DNA of 43,561 nt, taken from Candidatus Dormiibacterota bacterium (GTDB lineage Bacteria; Vulcanimicrobiota; Vulcanimicrobiia; Vulcanimicrobiales; Vulcanimicrobiaceae). Positions 25,746-34,860 of the stretch are shown piece after piece. The position numbers and the translations under genes are program-made. The notes under the pieces are model-generated. The model saw only the letters and a list, made by a program, of their open reading frames with translations, was not told where the DNA came from and made no database searches. The stretch lies in NCBI GenBank assembly GCA_035532035.1, contig DATKRS010000026.1, forward strand, positions 1 through 43,561, read 5' to 3'. How positions within the stretch are numbered: position 1 is the first letter of the stretch; each line of letters starts with the position of its first letter.

Positions 25746-27293
25746 ATGGACCCAAAGCGCAACGCCGCTCGAATGGAAGCGCTGGTCGAGCAGCTGCGAG
25801 AGCATCTGCAGAAAGCGCGCGACGGCGGCGGACCCGACGCAACGCAACGGCACCGCTCGCGCGGCAAGCTCACCGCGCGAGAACGCGTCGACCGGCTCGT
25901 CGATCCGGGATCGGATTTTCTCGAAATCGGCGCGCTTGCGGCAGACGGCATGTACGACGGCGACTCGCCTGCGGCAGGGATGATCGCCGGCATCGGCGTG
26001 GTCGAATCGAAGCGCTGCGTCATCGTCGCCAACGATGCCACCGTCAAAGGCGGCACGTACTACCCGATGACGGTCAAGAAGCATCTGCGCGCGCAGGAGA
26101 TCGCGGAGCAGAACGCACTCCCGTGCATCTATCTCGTCGACTCCGGCGGCGCATTCTTGCCGCTTCAGGCCGAGGTTTTCCCCGATCGCGATCATTTCGG
26201 GCGCATCTTTTACAACCAGGCACAGATGTCGTCCAAGGGCATCGCGCAGATTTCAGCCGTCATGGGATCGTGCACGGCCGGCGGCGCCTACGTGCCGGCG
26301 ATGAGCGATGAGACGGTCATCGTGAAGGGCACGGGCACGATCTTTCTCGGCGGGCCGCCGCTCGTGAAGGCGGCGACCGGCGAAGAAGTGACTGCCGAAG
26401 AGCTCGGCGGCGGCGACGTGCACACGCGTCTGTCCGGCGTCGCCGATTATTTGGCCGACGACGACGCGCACGCCCTCGCGCTCGTGCGGGGCATCGTGCG
26501 CGATCTGCGTCCCGACCGTCCCGCGCCGTGGGAACGCGTCGCAGCGGAGCCGCCGAATGCCGATCCCCGCGACCTCTACGGCATCGTTCCGAGCGACCCC
26601 CGGCACGGCTACGACGTTCGCGAGGTCATCGCGCGCATCGTGGACGCATCGCGGTTCCACGAGTTCAAAGAACGCTACGGCGCGACGCTCGTCTGCGGAT
26701 TCGCGCGCATCGAGGGTCACCCGATCGGAATCCTCGCAAACAACGGAATCCTCTTCAGCGAGAGCGCTCTCAAAGGCGCGCACTTCATCGAGCTGTGCAC
26801 GCAGCGCGGAACGCCGCTGCTCTTCCTCCAAAACATCACGGGCTTCATGGTCGGCAAAGAGTACGAGAATCGCGGCATCGCCAAGGACGGCGCGAAACTC
26901 GTCACGGCCGTCGCGTGCGCCGGCGTGCCGAAGTTCACCGTGATCGTCGGCGGAAGCTTCGGTGCCGGAAACTACGGCATGTGCGGCCGCGCTTACTCGC
27001 CGCGTCAGCTCTGGATGTGGCCGAACGCGCGCATCAGCGTCATGGGCGGTCAACAAGCTGCAAGCGTGCTCTCGACCGTCAAAGGCGAGATGACGCCGGA
27101 GAAAAAAGCCGCGTTCGAAGCGCCGATTCTCGAAAAGTACGAGCGCGAAGGAAGCCCGTACTACTCGACCGCGCGCCTGTGGGACGACGGCATCATCGAC
27201 CCGCTCGACACGCGGCGCGTCATCGCGCTAGGCCTGGACGCGGCCAGTCAGGCGCCCGTGACGCCTACGAGATTCGGCGTTTTCAGGATGTAG
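25746..27293 (+). CDS. liuB: methylcrotonoyl-CoA carboxylase carboxyltransferase (beta) subunit
   Basis: Track ORF 25677..27293. It is collinear from end to end with Pseudomonas LiuB/MccB ([65 protein letters not shown]-terminal PTRFGVFRM). The start [14 protein letters not shown] at ATG 25746 matches the homologue's N-terminus. Confidence 0.9.
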   Translation: MDPKRNAARMEALVEQLREHLQKARDGGGPDATQRHRSRGKLTARERVDRLVDPGSDFLEIGALAADGMYDGDSPAAGMIAGIGVVESKRCVIVANDATVKGGTYYPMTVKKHLRAQEIAEQNALPCIYLVDSGGAFLPLQAEVFPDRDHFGRIFYNQAQMSSKGIAQISAVMGSCTAGGAYVPAMSDETVIVKGTGTIFLGGPPLVKAATGEEVTAEELGGGDVHTRLSGVADYLADDDAHALALVRGIVRDLRPDRPAPWERVAAEPPNADPRDLYGIVPSDPRHGYDVREVIARIVDASRFHEFKERYGATLVCGFARIEGHPIGILANNGILFSESALKGAHFIELCTQRGTPLLFLQNITGFMVGKEYENRGIAKDGAKLVTAVACAGVPKFTVIVGGSFGAGNYGMCGRAYSPRQLWMWPNARISVMGGQQAASVLSTVKGEMTPEKKAAFEAPILEKYEREGSPYYSTARLWDDGIIDPLDTRRVIALGLDAASQAPVTPTRFGVFRM

Positions 27294-27308
27294 GAGCTGT
27301 GCTATACT
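27280..27308 (+). promoter_or_regulatory. candidate promoter of the Fur-like gene: extended -10 TGcTATACT (27300..27308) with a weak -35 TTTTCA (27280..27285), giving a near-leaderless transcript
   Basis: Read directly from the sequence. The -10 element ends 10 nt before the ATG at 27319, and there is no Shine-Dalgarno sequence. Confidence 0.3.
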
Positions 27309-27318
27309 ACGCAGCGCG

Positions 27319-27723
27319 ATGACCACGTCCGGCGAGCCGGCTCGCCTTCCGAAGAACTACAGACTCGTCTACGACATCATCCGCGGCGCCGGCCAGGGCG
27401 TTCACTTCACGATGAACGACGTGTTTGCGCACGCGAAGCGTAGGCGCCCGAGAATAGGCTTCACCACGGTCTACCGCGGCATTCAGCGGTTGCGCGATCT
27501 CGGGTGCATCGACGAGATCGAGCTACCGGGAACGGACAGCGCCGTTTACGAGCTCAAGGGCGAGCCGCACGCACACTTTCGCTGCGAGCGATGCGGGAAG
27601 GTCGAGGACGTGCCGTTCGTGCTCCCGGCGAGAACGGTCGACGCGCTCGCCGCGCGAACGGGCGTGACAATCGACGCGGCGATCATCACGCTGAGCGGCT
27701 CGTGCCGCAACTGCCGCGTCTAG
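27319..27723 (+). CDS. Fur-family transcriptional regulator (PerR/Fur-like, with fewer His ligands than Zur)
   Basis: ORF track 27319..27723. It has an N-terminal winged helix (GFTTVYRGIQRLRDLGCI), then HAHFRCERCGKVEDV and a C-terminal CRNCRV, which together form a Cys4 structural zinc site. It lacks the HHHH cluster seen in the zur copy at 42363. Confidence 0.75.
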   Translation: MTTSGEPARLPKNYRLVYDIIRGAGQGVHFTMNDVFAHAKRRRPRIGFTTVYRGIQRLRDLGCIDEIELPGTDSAVYELKGEPHAHFRCERCGKVEDVPFVLPARTVDALAARTGVTIDAAIITLSGSCRNCRV

Positions 27724-27730
27724 AGGCTCG

Positions 27731-28417
27731 CTAGGGAACCTTCAGCGCAAAATACGACGGCGACTCGGTCCATTTGCCGTGCGCGTAGCGCAGATACGCG
27801 ACGGCCCGTTCTTTCGTCGGGCAGCACAGCGGCGCCGTGGCCGAGTAGTACGGGCCGATCAGCCGTATCGCGTCGCCCGTCGAGCCGTGCACGAGTGAAG
27901 CCGCGAGCGCGCAGCCGTTCGTCACGACCGCGACCGGGCGAAAATGCTGCGCCGTCCAATCGTACGTGAAGACCGCGACGCTCGCACCTCCGCAATCGGC
28001 AGAGGACTCGTGGCTCTGCACGACGAGATTCTGCACGCCGGCGCGCACGAGCTCGCCCGCTCCCACGATGTGCAGCGACTGCAGCGGAAGCCAAAGACCG
28101 CCTTGAGCGCGCGTGACGCGCGAGAGCAAAGGGCCGTTGCCCGGCGACCGATACTGCAGTTTGTAGGTAGCGGTATCGAAGTTGATCGCGTAGACCGAGA
28201 GATACCATTGATATGCCGAGCCGCCGAGATGGACGCGGCTCGCGACGGCGCGCCACTGGCTCTGCATCCCTTCGCCCGCGGGATAGAAGAGCGCCGACTG
28301 AACGATTTGGCCCGGCGGCCGCGGCGAGAACGTGTAGTGTGGCGGCTCCGCGGCCGCCGCGGGGAGCAGCAGCGCAACGGCGAGCGCGGCGGCGACGCTT
28401 AAATTCCTGCGTACCAT
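27731..28417 (-). CDS. secreted protein of unknown function (228 aa, 7 Cys)
   Basis: Track ORF 27731..28768. The start is at MVRRNLSVAAALAVALLLPAAAA (ATG about 28417, GGAGGA 12 nt upstream). The protein has no recognisable motif. It is the third gene of the cytochrome b / Moco operon. Confidence 0.55.
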   Translation of the reverse strand: MVRRNLSVAAALAVALLLPAAAAEPPHYTFSPRPPGQIVQSALFYPAGEGMQSQWRAVASRVHLGGSAYQWYLSVYAINFDTATYKLQYRSPGNGPLLSRVTRAQGGLWLPLQSLHIVGAGELVRAGVQNLVVQSHESSADCGGASVAVFTYDWTAQHFRPVAVVTNGCALAASLVHGSTGDAIRLIGPYYSATAPLCCPTKERAVAYLRYAHGKWTESPSYFALKVP

Positions 28418-29136
28418 TCGTATCCTTGATCCTCCCAATAGCCACCGTGACCGCCGGCGATTCGCGAGAATCCGCCGACGAGTGAGATTCGATTGACCCA
28501 TTTTGCGCTCTTGTAACCCAACTGCGTAGCAACGCGTAGCCGCACGGGCGCCCCGTGATCGGGATCGAGCGCCGCGTCGTCGAGCCGCAACGCGAGCAGC
28601 GTCTGCGGATGGTGTGCCTGCACGAGATCGAGGCTCTCGTAGTACGGGACCCCCGAATCGTCGCGGTCCATGCAGTGGAATACGGCGTAGCGCGCCGCGG
28701 GCGTCGGACGCGCCGCATCGATCACCGCGCCGAGCCGGACGCCGCTCCATTTTCCGATCACGCTCCACCCTTCGACGCAGTCATGCCGGGTGATCTGCGT
28801 CGTCTGCCGGTACCGCTCGAGATCGCCGAGCGAGAGCGAGAGCGGCCGTTCGACGGCGCCGTCGACGACGAGGCGATAGGTGCGAAAGTGCGACGCGAGC
28901 AGCGCTTCGTACCGGGCGTCGTTCGGCGTCGCAAAGCCATTGATGCGGAAGACCGGCGCGACGGCCGACTCTGGATACTCTCGCGCCATGCCGCCGCTGG
29001 CAAGCGCGTAATCGAGCCTTTCGGCAACGCTCAGCACGTTGCGAACGCCGTTCGAGTTATTGAGTGCCGTTCCTATCGGCGAACAGCCCGCGAGCGCCGC
29101 CGAAACCGACGTCGCAATGAAGATCTGACGTTTCAC
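28399..29136 (-). CDS. sulfite-oxidase-fold molybdopterin oxidoreductase (MsrP/YedY-like), probable lipoprotein
   Basis: Track ORF 28399..29871. The C-terminal 245 aa carry the Moco-domain signature HDCVEGWS plus GKWSGVRL and the APVRLRVATQLGYKSAKWV tail. The start is at VKRQIFIATSVSAALAGC (lipobox LAGC), where GGAGG lies 10 nt upstream and the GTG at 29136 overlaps the cytochrome b TGA. Confidence 0.75.
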   Translation of the reverse strand: MKRQIFIATSVSAALAGCSPIGTALNNSNGVRNVLSVAERLDYALASGGMAREYPESAVAPVFRINGFATPNDARYEALLASHFRTYRLVVDGAVERPLSLSLGDLERYRQTTQITRHDCVEGWSVIGKWSGVRLGAVIDAARPTPAARYAVFHCMDRDDSGVPYYESLDLVQAHHPQTLLALRLDDAALDPDHGAPVRLRVATQLGYKSAKWVNRISLVGGFSRIAGGHGGYWEDQGYEWYAGI

Positions 29137-29924
29137 GCTGACGGAGCCTCCTTTTCCACGAACCACCCGGTGATCATCGAACGCATCTGGTTGACCACGC
29201 CCTGCGTTGCCACTTGAAAGACGTGAATGCCGAAGAAGGCGATGAGGGCGAGCATGCCCGCGAAGTGCCAGAGACGAGCGAACTGCCGTCCGCCGAAGAC
29301 CACGGTCAGCGGCTGCGCAATCGCGTCGATTCCCGGTGAGAGCGCGAGACCGGTCAGCACGACGAGCGGCGCGATGACGAATGCGACGACCGTGTACGCG
29401 GCTTTCTGCAGCGGGTTGTACTCGTCGTACGGGGGCGGCGTCTTGCGCAAGCGCAAGTAGTACGCCTGCATCGGCCACAGCTTGCTCAGATCGCTGCGGG
29501 TGAGCAGCATCTTGCGCAAATTGCCTTTGACGGCGCTCGACGCGAGCCACGCGAGCCAGCACAGCACTGCAACCCACGCAAAGAAGAAATGCCAGCGCCG
29601 GCCGTCGGCGAGGTCTTGATAGGCCGGAATCGTGATCCAGCCGGGAAAGGCGCGCGGGCCTTTTCCTCCCATGCCGTCGTCGGTCCATCCGAGCCAGCCG
29701 GTCGTCGTGAACGCGTGCCCAAAAATCGTCGTCGTTCCGACGCCGTCGGCCGGCGAATCGATCGAGAGCACGCGATGGGCGGGGCTCGAGGCGTCCGACG
29801 CGTCCAGATAGGGCGCCGCATCGAAGATCTGCAAACCGCTCGAGACGAGCACCGCAAATGCCACGGCCCATATCCAGTGGCTCAAGCGCATCGTACGCGT
29901 GTACCGATAGCGCGGGCTGCTCAT
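29133..29924 (-). CDS. membrane b-type cytochrome (prokaryotic cytochrome b561 / Ni-hydrogenase b-cytochrome-like)
   Basis: Track ORF 29133..30068. The start is at MSSPRYRYTRTMRLSHWIWAVAFAVLVSSGLQIF (ATG 29924; alternative ATG at 29891). It has 4-5 TM helices with conserved His positions (SHW, HFFFAWVAV, HFAGM, GIHVFQ). Confidence 0.7.
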   Translation of the reverse strand: MSSPRYRYTRTMRLSHWIWAVAFAVLVSSGLQIFDAAPYLDASDASSPAHRVLSIDSPADGVGTTTIFGHAFTTTGWLGWTDDGMGGKGPRAFPGWITIPAYQDLADGRRWHFFFAWVAVLCWLAWLASSAVKGNLRKMLLTRSDLSKLWPMQAYYLRLRKTPPPYDEYNPLQKAAYTVVAFVIAPLVVLTGLALSPGIDAIAQPLTVVFGGRQFARLWHFAGMLALIAFFGIHVFQVATQGVVNQMRSMITGWFVEKEAPSA

Positions 29925-29985
29925 GGCCGCAAGTATACGCGATTCCAGGCGGAAACGGACAGGGGGCCGAAGCGAAAAACTCCTG

Positions 29986-30765
29986 ATGGCCGAGGTTCTT
30001 ACGTGTGCGGTGGAGCGCGGGATCGCGACGGTGGCGCTCGCGCGTCCTGCGGTGCGCAATGCATTCAACGCGGAGCTGATCGCCGCACTACGCGCTACCT
30101 TTGACGAGCTCTCCGAGCGGGCGGACGTGCGCGCCGTCGTGCTCGCGGGAGAGGGGCCCGTATTCTGCGGCGGCGCGGACGTAGGGTGGATGCGCGCCGC
30201 GCTCGACCTCTCCTACGACGAGAACGTCGCCGACGCAGAAGCGATGAGCGACATGTTTCGATCCATCGACCGCTGCGCGAGGCCGGTGGTCGCGCGCGTC
30301 CAAGGCGCCGCGCTCGGCGGCGGCGCGGGGCTCGTCGCCGTCTGCGACGTCGCGATCGCGAGCGCCGATGCAACGTTCGGCTTCACGGAGGTGAAGCTCG
30401 GCATCATCCCGGCCGTCATCTCTCCCTTCGTGCTCGCGAAGATCGGGGCGTCGCACGCGCGCGCGCTCTTCGTGACGGGCAGGCGCTTCGACGCCGCACA
30501 CGCGCGGGAGATCGGTCTCGTGCACGCGGTCGTTCCCGAGCCGTCGCTCGACGCCGCCGTCGACGGCGTGCTCGACGAGCTGCGTACCGCAGCTCCAACG
30601 GCCGTACGCGCGATCAAGGCGCTCGTCGCCGACGTTCTCGGCGCTTCGTATGATGCGTCGCGCGGCCTCACGTCGAGCGCGATCGCCAAGCAGCGCACGA
30701 GTGAGGAAGGTCAAGAGGGTTTGCGCGCGTTCCTCGAGCGGCGCCCCGCAGCGTTCGTCGAATGA
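29986..30765 (+). CDS. liuC: enoyl-CoA hydratase/isomerase family protein (likely methylglutaconyl-CoA hydratase)
   Basis: Track ORF 29923..30765. The crotonase fold begins at MAEVLTCAVERGIATVALARPAVRNAF (ATG 29986), followed by GEGPVFCGGADV and the oxyanion region. It overlaps the liuD start as ATGA. The specific function is inferred from its flanking liuB and liuD. Confidence 0.8.
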   Translation: MAEVLTCAVERGIATVALARPAVRNAFNAELIAALRATFDELSERADVRAVVLAGEGPVFCGGADVGWMRAALDLSYDENVADAEAMSDMFRSIDRCARPVVARVQGAALGGGAGLVAVCDVAIASADATFGFTEVKLGIIPAVISPFVLAKIGASHARALFVTGRRFDAAHAREIGLVHAVVPEPSLDAAVDGVLDELRTAAPTAVRAIKALVADVLGASYDASRGLTSSAIAKQRTSEEGQEGLRAFLERRPAAFVE

Positions 30766-32693
30766 TCTCGCGTCTGCTCATCGCGAACCGCGGCGAGATC
30801 GCCGTGCGGATCGCTCGCGCCGCGCGCGAGATGGGAATCGTCCCACTCGGCATCTACTCGCAAGCCGACGCGGACGCCTATTTCCTCGCGTACGTCCACG
30901 ACGCGCGCTGCATCGGCCCCGCGCCCGCCGCGCAATCGTATCTCGACATCGCGGCGATCCTCGAAGCAGCGCGGGCGATGAACGCCGACGCACTCCATCC
31001 CGGCTACGGCTTTCTCTCCGAGAACCCGTCCTTCGCCACGGCGGTGCACGATGCCGGAGCGATCTTCGTCGGGCCGCCCGCGGACGCCATGGCCGCGATG
31101 GGGAGCAAGATCGAAGCGAAGCGGCGCGCGCGAGAGGCCGGCGTTCCGACGCTTCCCGGCTACGACGGGAGCGATCAGTCGCCAGCGCGCCTTCGCGAGG
31201 AAGCGGCGCGGATGGGATTCCCCCTTTTGATCAAGGCGAGCGCCGGCGGCGGCGGTCGCGGCATGCGCGTCGTGACGTCGCCTCGAGAGCTGGACGACGC
31301 GCTTGCATCTGCCAGGCGCGAAGCGGCCGGCGCCTTCGGCGACGACACGCTCTTGCTCGAGCGCTACCTCGAGAACCCGCGGCATATCGAGTTCCAAATC
31401 CTCGCCGATGCATTCGGCACGACGTTGCATCTCGGCGAACGCGAATGCTCGATTCAGCGGCGCCATCAGAAGATCGTCGAGGAGGCGCCGTCGGTCGCGT
31501 TGTCGGCGCAACTGCGCGCCGAGATGGGTGCTGCAGCGGTGCGCATCGCGTCGAGCGTCGGATACGTCAACGCCGGCACCGCAGAGTTCATGCTCGACGC
31601 GAGCGGGTACTACTTCCTCGAGATGAACGCGCGCCTGCAGGTGGAGCATCCCGTTACCGAAGCCGTGCACGGCATCGACCTCGTGCAATGGCAGCTGCGC
31701 ATCGCATCGGGCGAGCGCCTGACGCTGCGCCAAGAGGACGTCGCGCCGCGCGGCTGGGCCGTCGAGATGCGGGTCACCGCCGAGGATCCGGCGCACGGGA
31801 TGCTGCCGTCGGCGGGCTGCATCTCCGCGTGGCAGCCGCCGGAAGGCCCCGGCGTGCGCGTCGACAGCGGCGTCGCGGCGGGCAGTACGGTCGGTCTCGA
31901 TTACGATTCGATGCTCGCAAAACTCATCGTGCATGCGAGCGATCGCGCCTCCGCCATCGCGAAGATGGAGGTCGCACTCGACGATTTCCGGATCGCCGGG
32001 ATCCGCTCGAATCTTCCGTTGCTCGCGTGGATCGTTCGCGACGAGGCCTTTCGCTCGGGGGAGATCGGAACCGCATTTCTCGCGCAACGCCTCGACGAGT
32101 CGCGCTTCGCTCACGCGCCGGTTTCGAAGGACGCGCTCGTGCTCGCCGTTGCAAAGCTGCTCGTCGAGGACGCGCTGCCGTGGCGCATCGGCGGCATCGG
32201 GTGCCCGATCGTTCTTGCCGCGCGCGACGAGCGCTTCTACGCGTCGGCGAGCCGCACCGCGCAGCGCGATGCCTGGCGCGTGAGCGGCGACGTCCAGGGG
32301 CTGCTGCAGGTGCGGCGGCACGACGGCGTGATCGCCGCAACGCTCGGTGACGCGAGCGTTACGGGGCACGCGGAGCTCGACGCGTGCGGCGTCCTCACAC
32401 GCGTCGACGGGCGAGAGTACGCATTCGCTTTCGCGCAGCCGCCCGATGCTAGCGTGCGCTCGAGCGGCGCTGCCGAAGCGAACGGCACGGTGACCGCGCC
32501 TATGCCCGGACGCGTCGTACGCGTTGCCGTCGCGCCCGGTGAGGACGTCGCGCCGCATCAGCTGCTGATCGTGCTCGAAGCGATGAAGATGGAGCACCGC
32601 ATCGAGGCCTCGCTCGCGGCGACGGTTCGTTCCGTTCTGGTCGGCGAAGGGCAGATCGTCGCAGGCGGCACGCCGCTCGTCGAGCTGGCCTAA
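30762..32693 (+). CDS. liuD: methylcrotonoyl-CoA carboxylase alpha subunit (biotin carboxylase plus BCCP domain)
   Basis: ORF track 30762..32693. It has a biotin carboxylase ATP-grasp domain (ISRLLIANRGEIAVRIARAARE, GYGFLSEN, GGGGRGMRVV) and a C-terminal biotinyl domain with EAMKME. Confidence 0.9.
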   Translation: MISRLLIANRGEIAVRIARAAREMGIVPLGIYSQADADAYFLAYVHDARCIGPAPAAQSYLDIAAILEAARAMNADALHPGYGFLSENPSFATAVHDAGAIFVGPPADAMAAMGSKIEAKRRAREAGVPTLPGYDGSDQSPARLREEAARMGFPLLIKASAGGGGRGMRVVTSPRELDDALASARREAAGAFGDDTLLLERYLENPRHIEFQILADAFGTTLHLGERECSIQRRHQKIVEEAPSVALSAQLRAEMGAAAVRIASSVGYVNAGTAEFMLDASGYYFLEMNARLQVEHPVTEAVHGIDLVQWQLRIASGERLTLRQEDVAPRGWAVEMRVTAEDPAHGMLPSAGCISAWQPPEGPGVRVDSGVAAGSTVGLDYDSMLAKLIVHASDRASAIAKMEVALDDFRIAGIRSNLPLLAWIVRDEAFRSGEIGTAFLAQRLDESRFAHAPVSKDALVLAVAKLLVEDALPWRIGGIGCPIVLAARDERFYASASRTAQRDAWRVSGDVQGLLQVRRHDGVIAATLGDASVTGHAELDACGVLTRVDGREYAFAFAQPPDASVRSSGAAEANGTVTAPMPGRVVRVAVAPGEDVAPHQLLIVLEAMKMEHRIEASLAATVRSVLVGEGQIVAGGTPLVELA

Positions 32694-32795
32694 GGAGCCT
32701 CTTCGTCAACGCTCTCGTCTGGCCGTACACGCTGCGAGCGATTCTGCGCTTCACCGGGGCAAAAGAGCTCCAGGCGGCGAACGCCTAAGACAACC

Positions 32796-33695
32796 GTGTT
32801 ACCGAAGAACGTCACCGTCGTCGAGGTCGGCGCGCGCGACGGATTGCAGAACGAGAAGAGCGTCGTCGCAGCGAGCGACAAGATCGCCTTCATCGACTTG
32901 CTCTCCGAGAGCGGCCTGCGCGTCATCGAAGCGACCTCGTTCGTCAGCCCGCGAGCGATTCCACAGCTTGCCGACGCGGAACGGGTCTTCACCCATATTC
33001 GCAAAGCTCCCGGCGTACGCTATCCGGTGCTCGTGCCGAACCTCAAAGGCTACGAACGGGCGAAAGCGTGCGGTGCCGATGCGATTGCCGTCTTCACCGC
33101 TGCATCGCAAGCCTTCACCAAGCGCAACATCAACATGACGGTCGAGGAGTCGATCGCGACCTTCGCCGACGTCGTCCGGCGGGCTAAAACAGACGGCGCG
33201 TGGGTGCGCGGTTACGTCTCGACCGCCTTCGGCTCGCCTTTCGGCGACGCCGTGACGCCGCGGATGGTACGCGACGTCTGCGTGAAGCTCGTGGAGCTCG
33301 GCTGCGACGAGATCTCGGTCGGCGATACGATCGGCGTCGGCGTACCGACGCAAGTCGACGAAATCGTGCCGCTGCTCGCCCGGGAGATTCCCCTCGAGCG
33401 CCTGGCCTTTCACTTCCACGACACGCGCGGAACCGCGCTTGCAAACGTGTACGCGGCGCTGCAGCACGGAATCACGATCTTCGACGCCTCTGCGGGCGGG
33501 CTCGGCGGTTGTCCGTACGCTCCCGGCGCAACGGGCAACGTCGGGACCGAGGACGTGCTCTACATGCTCGCCGGCATGGGCATCGAGACCGGCGTCGACC
33601 TCGCTCGCGTGCGCGCCGCCTCCCGCTTCGTTCGCGGCGTCATCGGTCACGAGCTTACGAGCAAAGCGTTCCAGGCGTTGGAGGCGAACGGGTAG
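32796..33695 (+). CDS. liuE: hydroxymethylglutaryl-CoA lyase
   Basis: ORF track 32796..33695. It carries the HMGL-like TIM-barrel motifs (VTVVEVGARDGLQNE, GCDEISVGDTIG, FHFHDTRGTALANVYAALQHGITIFDASAGGLGGCPYAPGATGN). Confidence 0.9.
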   Translation: MLPKNVTVVEVGARDGLQNEKSVVAASDKIAFIDLLSESGLRVIEATSFVSPRAIPQLADAERVFTHIRKAPGVRYPVLVPNLKGYERAKACGADAIAVFTAASQAFTKRNINMTVEESIATFADVVRRAKTDGAWVRGYVSTAFGSPFGDAVTPRMVRDVCVKLVELGCDEISVGDTIGVGVPTQVDEIVPLLAREIPLERLAFHFHDTRGTALANVYAALQHGITIFDASAGGLGGCPYAPGATGNVGTEDVLYMLAGMGIETGVDLARVRAASRFVRGVIGHELTSKAFQALEANG

Positions 33696-33699
33696 CGGC

Positions 33700-34860
33700 G
33701 TGGCGATCGTCATTCGCGCGGGCGTGCTCTACGACGGCACGCTCGACCCGCCCAAGCGCAACGTCGACGTCGTCATCGAAGGCACGACAATCGCCGAGAT
33801 TCGCGCCGCCGCGGAAGGCGGGTCGCCGGATTATGCTGCGGCCTGCGTGACGCCGGGCCTAGTGAACGCGCACGTGCATTTGGAGATGAACGGCGAGCCG
33901 GACATTACGGTCGCGCTCGCGACGACGACGCAGAACCAGCGCTTGCTGCGCGCCGTCGAGCTCGCGGCGAAGACGCTGCGCGCGGGCATCACGACGGTCC
34001 GCAGCGTCGGCGCGTCGCACGCGATCGACGCCGACGTACGCGATGCGATCGACGCGGGCCGCATTCCCGGTCCGCGCATGCGCGCCGCCGGTGCGGTGCT
34101 CTGCATGACCGGCGGTCACGGCTGGTTCATCGGCCGGGCGGTAGACTCGCCGTGGGATGCGCGCAAGGCGGTACGCGAGCAAATGAAGGCCGGCGCCGAC
34201 TGCATCAAGCTCATCGCGACCGGCGGCGTGCTGACGAAAGGCGCCGTTCCCGGCAACGCGCAGCTCACGCCGGACGAGCTCGAAGCGGCAATCGACGAAG
34301 CCCATCGCCACGGGTTGCGCGTGGCGGCTCACGCGATCGGTACGCAAGGCATCAAAAACGCGCTGCGCGCGGGCATCGACTCGATCGAGCACGGTCACAT
34401 GCTCGACGACGAAGCGATCTCGCTCTTCAAGCAGAAGCGTGCGTATCTCGTCCCGACGCTGACCGCGCCGACCTGCATTCTCGCGCATCTCGAGGACGGC
34501 GCGCAGCCACAGTACGTGATCGACAAAGCGAAGACCGTCAACGAAGCGATGCTGCGCAACATCAAGCGCGCCTACGATGCGGGCGTACGGATCGCCGGCG
34601 GCTCCGATGCCGGAACGCCCTACAACTATCACGACAACTACGCGTACGAGGTGGAGCTGATGCACGCGATGCTCGGCATGTCGGCGCAGGAGGCGTTGCA
34701 CGCGGCGACCGCCGTCGCGGCCGAGCTCGTCGGGTTGCAGCGCTCGGTGCTCGCGCCCGGGGAGGCCGCGGATCTTCTGCTGCTCGCGCGCGACGTGGGC
34801 GAAGACGTCCGCGCGTTACGCGAGGTCGAGCGCGTGTTCAAAGCGGGCGCGTGCGTCTAG
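33700..34860 (+). CDS. metal-dependent amidohydrolase family protein
   Basis: Track ORF 33439..34860. The real protein starts at VAIVIRAGVLYDG (GTG 33700, 5 nt after the liuE TAG). It has the PGLVNAHVHLEM metal-binding HxH motif, AHAIG, and a C-terminal GSDAGTP block. Confidence 0.75.
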   Translation: MAIVIRAGVLYDGTLDPPKRNVDVVIEGTTIAEIRAAAEGGSPDYAAACVTPGLVNAHVHLEMNGEPDITVALATTTQNQRLLRAVELAAKTLRAGITTVRSVGASHAIDADVRDAIDAGRIPGPRMRAAGAVLCMTGGHGWFIGRAVDSPWDARKAVREQMKAGADCIKLIATGGVLTKGAVPGNAQLTPDELEAAIDEAHRHGLRVAAHAIGTQGIKNALRAGIDSIEHGHMLDDEAISLFKQKRAYLVPTLTAPTCILAHLEDGAQPQYVIDKAKTVNEAMLRNIKRAYDAGVRIAGGSDAGTPYNYHDNYAYEVELMHAMLGMSAQEALHAATAVAAELVGLQRSVLAPGEAADLLLLARDVGEDVRALREVERVFKAGACV

